64,000 nt of DNA from contig JBCCWC010000004.1 of the NCBI GenBank assembly GCA_039194325.1, positions 1 through 64,000 of the forward strand, written 5' to 3'. Under the pieces are notes generated by a model. The model made no database searches and had not been told where the DNA came from. It worked only from the letters and a program-made list of their open reading frames with translations. The translations under genes and the position numbers were made by a program. Below are positions 34,863-43,769 of the stretch, one piece after another. This stretch comes from Myxococcota bacterium (GTDB lineage: Bacteria; Myxococcota_A; Polyangia; Nannocystales; Nannocystaceae). Position 1 is the stretch's first letter. Every line of letters begins with the position of its first letter.

Positions 34863-36976
34863 GATGCATCCTCCACGGTGATGTCCAAGGCGGCCACCAG
34901 GCGCTCAGAAACCACGGTCGGGCTCAGGCGCCCGAGCACACCGCGCATGATCTGCCCCATGGCCCACCGCAGTCGGGCGGCCTCGCTAGAAAAACGCATC
35001 GCGGCCAGCTGGGGCCGCAGCGCATCGATCCTGCGCTCGAGCTCGGCGTCGACATCCCCGCCTACCTCCTCGCCTGCCTCCCCGCCTGCCTCGAAACGCT
35101 CGACGAGCACCTTCGGGTCGACCTCAGCTTGCCGCAGCAGCGCGTCGAAGATCGCGTCGAAGGCCGACGGGTGCACCCGCCCCGCATCCACGGCGTCGAC
35201 GAGCGGACGCAGCCGCTCTGCCTCGGGCATGGCCCGATTCCCCGACTCCCGCCACCAGGCCAGCAGGCGACACTCCAGCGCCGCCGCCAGCCGCCGCCGC
35301 CCCACCTCGGTGCGCGGCGCCAGGGCATCGAACAGCGGATATAGGTCACGCTGCACCAACACCCGCGCGGCCCGGGGCGACAAACCCGACTCCACGTAGC
35401 TCCGCTCCCGCTCGTCGGGCCGCAGCGGCACCCAGGCATCGATCTGCTCCAGCCAGGCGTCGGGCACCGGCCACGGCGGCGTGTCGGTGTCGGGGTACAT
35501 CCGCTCGGGCCCGGGCAGGATCCGCTCGAAGCCGGTGGTGCCGTCGCGATGCGCCTGCCGGGTCTCCGAAGGCACCCCCACCAGGGCCTCGCGACTGCGA
35601 CCCACGATCTCCTCGACCGCGGTGGCGACGTCGAGCCGTGGCCCCCACACCAGCACCACCGCATCGTCCGCACTCGCCCCCAAGGCCTGTCGCAGCCGCC
35701 GCCAGGTGGGATCGGTGACCGGCGAGTCCGCCTGGTCGGTATGCGCCATGAACGGCCGCCCCGTCAGACAAGCGATCACCCGCAGGCGCTCGGCGATCTC
35801 GTGATCGAAGCACCGCCCCGGCTGAGTCCGATGCGCCAAGATCCCGGCAAACCCCGGGAGCCGTACCGCCGCGATCGTCTCGCCCGCCTCCCGAGCACGC
35901 CCAAGCGGCGCCCCGTCGACGTCACCCACCAGCCCGGTCGCGTCGACGGCCAGCGGCGATGCCCACGGCGGGTCGAGCTCGGGCAGCGTGAGCATCGCCT
36001 CGGTGACCCCTCGCTGCCGCAGCTGCTCACGAATTCGCAGCAGCTCCAGGTGACGAAACGCCTCGATGTGCACCAGCCGCGGCAACACCTTGTGCTGGCT
36101 GACTCCCTTGATCTCCACCCGCCGGCTACCCGCGATCGACACGTTGACGTCCTGACGGGCCGCCCCGGGGCCTCGCCGCACCCGACCGCTGGCTCGCGCG
36201 ATCCGGGCCATCAGCCGACCTCCCGCGGCCACGTCACGCGGCGTGAGCAGATCGGGCTCGGTGACCGTCTCGGTCAGCGGCATGCCCAACCGATCCGTAC
36301 GAAACACGATGCGGTGCCCCACGTCACTGACTTCCCGGCACGAGTCTTCCTCGAGGGTGAGCTGCCGGATCCTCACCGACTGATCGGGGCCCCGCTCGCT
36401 GTCGACGAAGGGCAGCACCCCGGCCAGGGCCACCATCGCCGTGCGCTGAAAGCCGGTGGGGATCGACCCGTCGAGGTATTGCTTGCGCATCACCTGCAGC
36501 TCGGAGACCCGATCGAGCCCGTAGAGCGTGGCGATCTGCAGCGATGCATAGATCGCCTCCTCGTCGATCGGAAAGGGCGGGGTATCGTCGATCTCATATG
36601 TGCAGACGGTGCGGCGATCGAGCTGGTAGACGATCTCCTTGCGAGTCCGAAACTCCATGAGCGCCGTGCCGTCGTACTCGCCCAGCTCGCTGAGGGTGGG
36701 CCGCATGTGACGGAGCACCTCGGCGTCCACCCGCGAGGTCCGAACCCCCGCCGGACAGCGGCAAAACAGCTTGCCCCGCGTGGCGAGCTGCTGATGCACC
36801 TCCAGCCCGCACATGAAGCCGAGGATCTCGTAGTCCCGCGGCGTCATCTCGGACAGCGCACGAACAGGAAAATCCAGCGGCGGATCACACCGAGGGTTGA
36901 GATCGATGGGCGCAGGCGCACTAGCGCGAGGACGACGGCGAGGCACGAGGGAAACGAGAGCCGCAGGGTACAGCAA
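34859..36976 (-). CDS. gatE: Glu-tRNA(Gln) amidotransferase subunit E (archaeal type); start uncertain (36846-36976)
   Basis: GLEVHQQL..KLFCRCP, MRKQYLDGSIPTGFQRT, LEEDSCR, DRLGMPL, RQDVNVSI..RVEIKGV, an insertion domain, VPSETR and PGPERMYPDTD; GTGA overlap with gatD. Confidence 0.93.
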   Translation of the reverse strand: MLYPAALVSLVPRRRPRASAPAPIDLNPRCDPPLDFPVRALSEMTPRDYEILGFMCGLEVHQQLATRGKLFCRCPAGVRTSRVDAEVLRHMRPTLSELGEYDGTALMEFRTRKEIVYQLDRRTVCTYEIDDTPPFPIDEEAIYASLQIATLYGLDRVSELQVMRKQYLDGSIPTGFQRTAMVALAGVLPFVDSERGPDQSVRIRQLTLEEDSCREVSDVGHRIVFRTDRLGMPLTETVTEPDLLTPRDVAAGGRLMARIARASGRVRRGPGAARQDVNVSIAGSRRVEIKGVSQHKVLPRLVHIEAFRHLELLRIREQLRQRGVTEAMLTLPELDPPWASPLAVDATGLVGDVDGAPLGRAREAGETIAAVRLPGFAGILAHRTQPGRCFDHEIAERLRVIACLTGRPFMAHTDQADSPVTDPTWRRLRQALGASADDAVVLVWGPRLDVATAVEEIVGRSREALVGVPSETRQAHRDGTTGFERILPGPERMYPDTDTPPWPVPDAWLEQIDAWVPLRPDERERSYVESGLSPRAARVLVQRDLYPLFDALAPRTEVGRRRLAAALECRLLAWWRESGNRAMPEAERLRPLVDAVDAGRVHPSAFDAIFDALLRQAEVDPKVLVERFEAGGEAGEEVGGDVDAELERRIDALRPQLAAMRFSSEAARLRWAMGQIMRGVLGRLSPTVVSERLVAALDITVEDAS

Positions 36977-37322
36977 ATCCGCGCACCTATGCGCTTATCC
37001 CGCAGGCGCCTCCTCACCCACACGGACCGCGTTCGGTCACCAGCCGCGAACGGCAACAACGATCGGACGCAATGTATTGAGCGCAATGAACATTACTAAT
37101 AATTGAGCACCTATAATGGCTCTATGGCATTTTCATGACGTGCCTGACACGTAATTCAACCCGGTTCTGGTATACTAATACCAGCATTAGCGCTTGGAGC
37201 GCACTGCTACGACGTGGTCGGGTTCGGCTGGAGCAAGCCAAAACGCCGTTTCTATCCAACTCCGATCCAGGTCAAAGGACGGCGCCGATCCGATCGCTTG
37301 AGATCGATCACTGTGTGCTCCA

Positions 37323-37336
37323 TGACTAATTAGTCA
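37323..37336. promoter_or_regulatory. Perfect 14-bp palindrome, candidate operator
   Basis: TGACTAATTAGTCA within the AT-rich divergent intergenic region. Confidence 0.55.
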
Positions 37337-37380
37337 ACCAAAACAATCAAAGCCGGTTCATCCAGGAAGGATCAGACCGC

Positions 37381-37824
37381 TTGTCGCTCGCAATACAACG
37401 CGCAATACAACACCCGGTAGCGCCCCATTGGTGGACGACCGTAGGCGACGTGGTGGTGTCGTTCACGATTCCCGGACCCATCGCGGATGGGACCTGGAGT
37501 GCATTCGTCGACGCGATCACCACGCATAGGCCGATGCACTGCTTGCTGCTGTGCGCAGGTGCAGCCCGCGTCGATGCAGCCCAGCGGCGACTGTCGACCG
37601 CCGCCTTCATGCGCACGGGCTCGGCAGTGGTCGTGCTCACCGACAACCGGGTGACGCGCGGCCTCGCGATGACCATGGCGTGGCTCGGCGCTAAGCTCGA
37701 CGCCTACTCGTGGAACGAGCTCTCGTATGCGCTCGACCACATGCAGCTGACCGAGGACGTGCAGCAGCGCCTGTACGACATCGCGCTGGAATTCCACACC
37801 GAGCACCGTCACCTCGACCGCTAG
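37381..37824 (+). CDS. Hypothetical protein, possibly STAS/SEC14-like
   Basis: DAAQRR...AVVVLTDNRVTRGLAMTMAWLG pattern; GC3-biased codons. Confidence 0.6.
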   Translation: MSLAIQRAIQHPVAPHWWTTVGDVVVSFTIPGPIADGTWSAFVDAITTHRPMHCLLLCAGAARVDAAQRRLSTAAFMRTGSAVVVLTDNRVTRGLAMTMAWLGAKLDAYSWNELSYALDHMQLTEDVQQRLYDIALEFHTEHRHLDR

Positions 37825-37925
37825 TGCCCCGTGCCGAAAGGGTCGCCCGACGAAGACGCGCCTCCGCTCGCCGACGCTCGCTCGCCGGTTTGTGCGACGT
37901 CCCTCGCGAAGCCATAATCCCCGCC

Positions 37926-38591
37926 ATGCTGCCTAGTCGCCTTGCACTTGGCTCCCGTGCACATGGCTCCCGTGCGCTCGGCTCCCTCGAGCTGAGACCC
38001 CCCAAACCGGGTTTCAGGCGAGGTTCCCGACTGGGTTTCCGGCTGGGTTTCCGGCTGGGTTCATGGTTCGCGGTGATGGCCCTGACCGCATGCACGGTCG
38101 AAGGCCGCGAGGTCATGACCACGTTCGATCCCTCCGCCAGCGGAACCCCGACCTCGGGAAGCAGCCAGAGCGGCTCGGATACCGAGCCATCCACCAGCAC
38201 CGCCGCCAGCGGCACCGCCGACACCTCGTCCGGCAGCGGGACCTCCAACCCGACCACCGATCCCAGCAGCGGATCCTCCGGCGCCCCCGCCGACGAACAA
38301 CCCGAAGACGGCATGTACTCCGAGTGCGCCAGCGTGGCCGACTGCTTCGGGCTGACCACCTGCGTGATCGTGCCCGGGACCCCAATGGGGGGTTATTGCG
38401 CTGATACCGGCTGCGTCAATCCCCAGATCGACTGCGACCCCAACCCCGGCGCAACCTCGACCGCACCCCTGGCCTGTGTCGACAACGGGGCCGGCGCCTT
38501 CGTCTGCGGTCTCGACTGCTCGCTGGGCCAGACCTGTCCCACCGGTATGGCGTGCCTGGCCTTGGGCGTGGCAGCGATGGTCTGCGCCTGA
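37926..38591 (+). CDS. Cysteine-rich lipoprotein
   Basis: Lipobox MALTAC; Ser/Thr-rich linker; Cys-rich C-terminal domain. Confidence 0.7.
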   Translation: MLPSRLALGSRAHGSRALGSLELRPPKPGFRRGSRLGFRLGFRLGSWFAVMALTACTVEGREVMTTFDPSASGTPTSGSSQSGSDTEPSTSTAASGTADTSSGSGTSNPTTDPSSGSSGAPADEQPEDGMYSECASVADCFGLTTCVIVPGTPMGGYCADTGCVNPQIDCDPNPGATSTAPLACVDNGAGAFVCGLDCSLGQTCPTGMACLALGVAAMVCA

Positions 38592-38606
38592 CGCCCTGCG
38601 CATCCA

Positions 38607-38715
38607 CGCTCGCGGTCAACTGTCGCTCGCGGTCAATTGTCGCTCGCGGTCAATTGTCGCTCGCGGTCAACTATCGCTCGCGGTCAACTATCGCTCGCGG
38701 TCAATTGTCGCTCGC
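38607..38715. repeat. 17-bp tandem repeat, about 6.4 copies (CGCTCGCGGTCAAYTRT)
   Basis: Units start at 38607, 38624, 38641, 38658, 38675 and 38692; no spacers. Confidence 0.95.
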
Positions 38716-40311
38716 ACCCGAGGCGATCCACGCCCGGAGCAAGGCGACCTGCCCCGGGTCGGAGAGCTGGGGCGAGTTGAGCGGCATGTGATCGACCACG
38801 CGGTCGCTGCGATCGGTAGGCTCGCACTCGGCGACCAGGCGATACAGCCAACTACCCGCCGGATCGCCCGGGGCGACCAGCGGCAGCGCGGTGTCGGCCT
38901 GGACCTCGTGCTCCATCAACTCGGTGTGGAGCTCGGCTGCGGCCAGGTCGAGCCCAGCCGCCGCGCTGGATCCCGCATGGCACGAGGAGAACTGGCAGGT
39001 CGACACGAACAAGGTGTCACGCACGCGTGCCAGGGAGACGAGCCCCTCCACCGGCACGTCGTCGGGGACGTCTACGCAAGGATCGGACGGAGGCAGCCCG
39101 ACATCGGCGGGATCGAAGGGCGGCACGTAGAGCGGTCGCTCGAGCTCGGCCGGATCGGGCAAGGACTGGGCCTGGGTCTTCCGGATCCCGACCACGTGGC
39201 ACGGACCCTCGCTCAGCAGGACCTCACCTTCGGTCCCCACCACTTGCCCGCTGCCGTAGGGGATCGAGCCATCGATGATCACCGACGAGTCGGCCAGGCC
39301 CAGCATCACGCACATCTCTTGGCTGCCGATGCCCCAGCCGATCGTCTGATCGGTCCAATTGTCATAGCCGCATGAGAAGCGGAACCCCTCGGCCCCGCTC
39401 AGATCAACGGGCTGGGCGTAGGCCTGACCGTTGGCATCGGCGTTGAAGCCTTCGAGCCGGTACACGCTCTGGCCGTCTGTCGGCCCTCCCAGCACCGAGA
39501 GATCGAAGTAGTTGCCCAGGTAATGGTAGTGCGGAAGCACGTGGTAGAGCTTCAGATCGAGGGGCTCGTCCGCCGCGCTCTCGTAGGCATTGGAGAAGTT
39601 ACAGGCGGCGCTGTACCGGACCTCGGTGAACGGGGGAATCGCCAGATCGTAGTACGACAGCCGAAACGGCACCGCGACCACGTCGACGTCGCGTGGGTGC
39701 ACGATATCCAGCGAGACCCGCAGCTCCGTGTCGAGCTCGGCCTCGGCGAGGTTGAGCAGGTGCGCCCCCGCGATGATCTTGTAGTGAGGGGGCACCTTGA
39801 CCACGACCCCCTCGGGCAGCTCCATGCGCTCGTAGCGAGACTGTGTGGACTGGGCGGCGAGCACGGTCCCGTTGAACGCCGCGTTGAGCTCGGAGAACCC
39901 GCGCTCGCTACAGACAAAGAACCCGTCCTCGTCTTGCCCGCCCTCCCCCACGTAGACACCCTCGGGCACGATGAACCAGTTGGAGTGATGGAAGCCGCCG
40001 TCGTTGACCATGGTGACCGCCTGCACGTAGACGGGGGCCTCGTTGTGTAGCGTCCACTGGATGCACGGCTGGAGCTCCTCGAGGGGCGCGAGCGAGTAGA
40101 GGCCGAAGCTATGGGTGACCACGGCCCGCTCGGGCGGCGGCTCCCCGTCCGTGGGTCCCTCGCCCGCTCCCTCGGTTGGGCCCGCCGAGGCGGTACCCGC
40201 GGTGGGCTCTGTGTCGGTGATGGCCGACGGCTCGGCCCTGCACGCCGACGACACCACGACGACTGCGAGTGCCCCGCTCCACCGGTTTGCCGCCGCGCGT
40301 CCCATCTTCAT
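38701..40311 (-). CDS. Lipoprotein: copper type II monooxygenase-like domain plus cytochrome c-like C-terminus
   Basis: GFHHSNW, AHLLN, PHYHYLG and EMC motifs; CQFSSCH...HMPL. Confidence 0.78.
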   Translation of the reverse strand: MKMGRAAANRWSGALAVVVVSSACRAEPSAITDTEPTAGTASAGPTEGAGEGPTDGEPPPERAVVTHSFGLYSLAPLEELQPCIQWTLHNEAPVYVQAVTMVNDGGFHHSNWFIVPEGVYVGEGGQDEDGFFVCSERGFSELNAAFNGTVLAAQSTQSRYERMELPEGVVVKVPPHYKIIAGAHLLNLAEAELDTELRVSLDIVHPRDVDVVAVPFRLSYYDLAIPPFTEVRYSAACNFSNAYESAADEPLDLKLYHVLPHYHYLGNYFDLSVLGGPTDGQSVYRLEGFNADANGQAYAQPVDLSGAEGFRFSCGYDNWTDQTIGWGIGSQEMCVMLGLADSSVIIDGSIPYGSGQVVGTEGEVLLSEGPCHVVGIRKTQAQSLPDPAELERPLYVPPFDPADVGLPPSDPCVDVPDDVPVEGLVSLARVRDTLFVSTCQFSSCHAGSSAAAGLDLAAAELHTELMEHEVQADTALPLVAPGDPAGSWLYRLVAECEPTDRSDRVVDHMPLNSPQLSDPGQVALLRAWIASGASDN

Positions 40312-40348
40312 TGCTCCGGGTGGTCCTTCGGGGTAGTCCTTGTCGGGC

Positions 40349-41968
40349 TCAGTCGTCGGCCGCGCCGGCTTCGATCCACTCGCGGAGCAACGCCACCAGG
40401 GCAGGATCAGACAGCTCGGGAGAGTTGAGCGGCATGTGGGCGACCACGTTGCCACCGCGATCGGTGGGCGCGCACTCGGCCACCAGGCGATATAGCCAGC
40501 TCCCCTCGGGATCGCCGGGCTCGACCAAGGGGAGCTCGGTGTTGGCCTCGACGACATGGCCCATCAGCTCGGTGTGAAGATCTGCCGCGGCCAAGTCGAG
40601 CCCCGCCACCGCGTTCGCCCCCGAGTGGCACGACGAGAACTGACAGGTCGACACGAACAGGGTGTCCCGCACACGAGACAGGGTGGCCTCGCCCGGTGCG
40701 GCCGCGCTAGCCGGAACGTCGACGCACTCGTCGATGGGAGGCAGGCCCGCGTCGTCCGGATCGGTGGGGGGAATGTAGAGCGGCGCCTCGAGCTCGGCCT
40801 CGGTGGGCATGGTCTGAGCTGGGTTCTTGGGCAGGCCGATCACGTCGCACGGGCCCTCGTTGAGCAAGATGTCGCCCTCGGTGCCCACGACCTGCCCGCT
40901 GCCCGAGCCCACCGAGCCATCCATGAGCATGGCCGAGTCGGCCAGGCCCAGCATCACGCACATCTCCTGATCGCCGATGCCCCAGCCGATCGTCTGATCG
41001 GTCCAGTTGTCGTAGCCGCACGAGAAGCGGAACCCCTCGGCTCCGCTCAGGTCGATCGGATCGGGAAACGCCTGACCATTGGCGTCGGCATTGAAGCCGT
41101 CGAGACGGAATACGCTCTGCCCATCCGAAGGCCCGCCCATGATCGTCAGATCGAAGTAGTTGCCCAGGTAGTGGTAGTGCGGCAGCAAGTAGTAGAGCTT
41201 GAGATCCAGGGGCCTGTCCGTCGCGTTCTCGTAGATGCTGGCAAAGCTGCAATCGCTGCTAAAGCGCGCCTCGGTGAACCCGGGGATGTCGAGGTCATAG
41301 TAGGTCAGCCGGAACGGGGCGGTGACCACGTTGACCTCGCGCGGGTGCACGATGTCCAGCGACATCCGCAGCTCGGTGTCGTAGTCGGCGTCGGCGAGGT
41401 TGAGCAGGTGCCCCCCGGCGATGACCTTGTGGCGAGGTGGCGCCTTGATGACGACCCCTTCGGGCAGCTCCATGCGCTCGTAGCGGGACTGCGTGGACTG
41501 GGCGGTGAGCACGGTGCCCGAGACGGCGGCCTCGATCTCCGTGAACGCCCGCTCGTTGCAATCGAAGAACCCGTCGGGGCCCGCGTAGAGGGTCTCCGGG
41601 ACGACGAACCAGTTGGAGTGGTGAAAGCCGCCGTCGTTGACCAGCGTGACCGCCTGGATATAGATCGCCTCCTCGTTGTTGAGCGTCCACTGGATGCAGG
41701 GCTCGGTCTCTTCGAGCGGCCCGAGCGAGTAGACGCCAAAGCTGTGAGTGACGACGGCTTGATCGGCCGGCGTGCTCCCGGTCTCCGAGCCACTGTCGCC
41801 CGCCGGTGGCGACTCGGTAGACGCGCCGGTGCTCATGGTGCCACTGCCACCCCCGGTGGTGCTGCCCGCAGCAAAGAGCGTCGGCAGATCGTCCCCACAG
41901 CTCGTACCCGTTAGCGTTAGCCCCAGCAACGACACGAGCGCCGGCTTCGAGATCATCCGATGCATCAT
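40349..41968 (-). CDS. Tandem paralog: copper monooxygenase-like plus cytochrome c-like lipoprotein
   Basis: Same motif set as the adjacent gene; lipobox LTGTSC. Confidence 0.78.
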   Translation of the reverse strand: MMHRMISKPALVSLLGLTLTGTSCGDDLPTLFAAGSTTGGGSGTMSTGASTESPPAGDSGSETGSTPADQAVVTHSFGVYSLGPLEETEPCIQWTLNNEEAIYIQAVTLVNDGGFHHSNWFVVPETLYAGPDGFFDCNERAFTEIEAAVSGTVLTAQSTQSRYERMELPEGVVIKAPPRHKVIAGGHLLNLADADYDTELRMSLDIVHPREVNVVTAPFRLTYYDLDIPGFTEARFSSDCSFASIYENATDRPLDLKLYYLLPHYHYLGNYFDLTIMGGPSDGQSVFRLDGFNADANGQAFPDPIDLSGAEGFRFSCGYDNWTDQTIGWGIGDQEMCVMLGLADSAMLMDGSVGSGSGQVVGTEGDILLNEGPCDVIGLPKNPAQTMPTEAELEAPLYIPPTDPDDAGLPPIDECVDVPASAAAPGEATLSRVRDTLFVSTCQFSSCHSGANAVAGLDLAAADLHTELMGHVVEANTELPLVEPGDPEGSWLYRLVAECAPTDRGGNVVAHMPLNSPELSDPALVALLREWIEAGAADD

Positions 41969-42107
41969 CCCTGATGCAGGGTAGCCCCGGGGTCACGCGC
42001 TGCCAAGCTGCGCCGAGGCCGGCGCGAATGCCGAGCTTGCATCAGTTCGACGGGCTTGCCTCGGAGCCGCGCATCACCAGCTCCGCGGACGTGACTGCTC
42101 AAACGCG

Positions 42108-43769
42108 TCAGGCGGAGCCCGCCAGCAGTCGCCGAGACGTCTCGTCAAGCCGAGACCGGGCATGGACCACCGGGGGATCTTCGTCGAGCACGACGTCGAG
42201 CTCTTCGACCAACTCTCGAAGCGCGTGCCCAATGAAGGCACGCTCCGCGGGCTCGAGGTCCTCGGCTCGAAGCTTCATGACGAGCTCATCGAGCTCGGCC
42301 GAAGCACTCACCACAGCCTCGATGTCGCCCCGGCGTAGAGCTACACGGGCGAGCAACCCCACCGCGAGCGCCGATAGATCTCGCCGCGTACCCCCTTGCC
42401 GAAGCTCGGCTCGTGTGATCTCTACCGCTTCCATGGCCGCATCGAGCGCCCGGTCGAGCGCATCGAGCGAGATCGCAGTGCGGGCCACGCACAGCAGCAA
42501 CATCGCCAGATCAATCGCGGCGATGGCTACCTCGTGCTCGACGAGCTCCCGAAGTAAGGACAACGATTCCTCGTAGGCATCCGACGCCGCCTGCCATCGA
42601 CCGAGGAACTCGATGACGCCCCCCAACTCGTATAGCGCCATCGCGAGAACGGTTCGCACCTCATCGGTCTTGGATCTCAGGGCTCGCGCATCGTCAACCG
42701 CCCGACGGGCGAGTGGCTCGGCGTCTCGGATGGCACCGAGCGTTCGCTTCATCCGCGAAGCATGCATGAGACCACGGATCCGGATCAGCACGAGCTCGTG
42801 GTCTGGCTGCTTCCCTGATGGATCCGACCAGCGAACGGACTGCTCGAAGGCCGCCAGCGCTCGCACAGGCTTCGCACAGGCGGCCCAGGCCCGACCCAGC
42901 AGACCATTCCAGGACGCAAGGCGTCGCCGCAACAAAGACTCGGCACCCGCATCACGGCCGACGATGCGCTCGAGCACAGCGACGGCCTCGGACCAATGGC
43001 GAGCAGCGGACGGCGTGCGCTCCGCCTGGTTCTCGATGTTCGCGAGCAGGGCCAGCGCATCGGCCTGTGCCACGGTGCCGTCTTCGGTCGCGCACACGGC
43101 TTGATGGGCGAGGCCGATGGCTTGGTCCCACCGGCCCCCCTCGGCTTCGTGCAATGCGTCGCTTACGTGCTTCGCGGCTGGACCTACGATCCCCGGCGGG
43201 ACCACCAGGTTCGTTTGGGCGGAATCCATGGTGGTCGACGGCTCCAGAGTTCCCGGGCCGACTTCCGGCTCATCGTCGATGTCGAGGGATAGGCTGCGGA
43301 TCGACCAGAGATCGGGAGCGACCTCGCGACCCCGTGCCTTGAAAGACCGGGGAAGCGCGAGCACGAGCCCTCCTCCTAGGTCGCGAAGCAGCTCCCGTCG
43401 CTCGTTGAGGCGCTGCAACAGCCAACGCCATGCGTCATCCCAACCCCGAGGATGCAGGCCGTCCGAGTCCGAGCGCAAAGACTCGATCCACAGCAGGGAC
43501 CCGGGCCGCAGCTCGCGTTCGATCCGATCTCCGTCGACGAGCGCGCGCAACTCCACCGGGGACCGCGGACGAACGACCTGGAGCTCGCCTCCTCCTGGCG
43601 CAAGTAACCGCCTCGACCGCTGCTCTAGCTCGGCGGTGACTGCCCCGGACGAGGAAAAGACGAACGCCAGCCAAAAGCCACTAGCCCACTCAACTTGGGA
43701 GCGAAGCTCTTGCCACGCATACTCCCCGTTGGGGCCGAGGACACGTTCGACGTGGGGGACCTCGCTCAT
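42108..43769 (-). CDS. TPR-repeat protein with a conserved N-terminal domain
   Basis: LNERRELL...APDLWSIRS N-domain followed by helical TPR-like repeats; ATGA overlap with the upstream ATPase. Confidence 0.7.
   Translation of the reverse strand: MSEVPHVERVLGPNGEYAWQELRSQVEWASGFWLAFVFSSSGAVTAELEQRSRRLLAPGGGELQVVRPRSPVELRALVDGDRIERELRPGSLLWIESLRSDSDGLHPRGWDDAWRWLLQRLNERRELLRDLGGGLVLALPRSFKARGREVAPDLWSIRSLSLDIDDEPEVGPGTLEPSTTMDSAQTNLVVPPGIVGPAAKHVSDALHEAEGGRWDQAIGLAHQAVCATEDGTVAQADALALLANIENQAERTPSAARHWSEAVAVLERIVGRDAGAESLLRRRLASWNGLLGRAWAACAKPVRALAAFEQSVRWSDPSGKQPDHELVLIRIRGLMHASRMKRTLGAIRDAEPLARRAVDDARALRSKTDEVRTVLAMALYELGGVIEFLGRWQAASDAYEESLSLLRELVEHEVAIAAIDLAMLLLCVARTAISLDALDRALDAAMEAVEITRAELRQGGTRRDLSALAVGLLARVALRRGDIEAVVSASAELDELVMKLRAEDLEPAERAFIGHALRELVEELDVVLDEDPPVVHARSRLDETSRRLLAGSA

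Noticed and set aside
38607..38715. Possible CRISPR array
   Set aside because: The 17-bp units are contiguous with no spacers, and no cas genes are present in the window.
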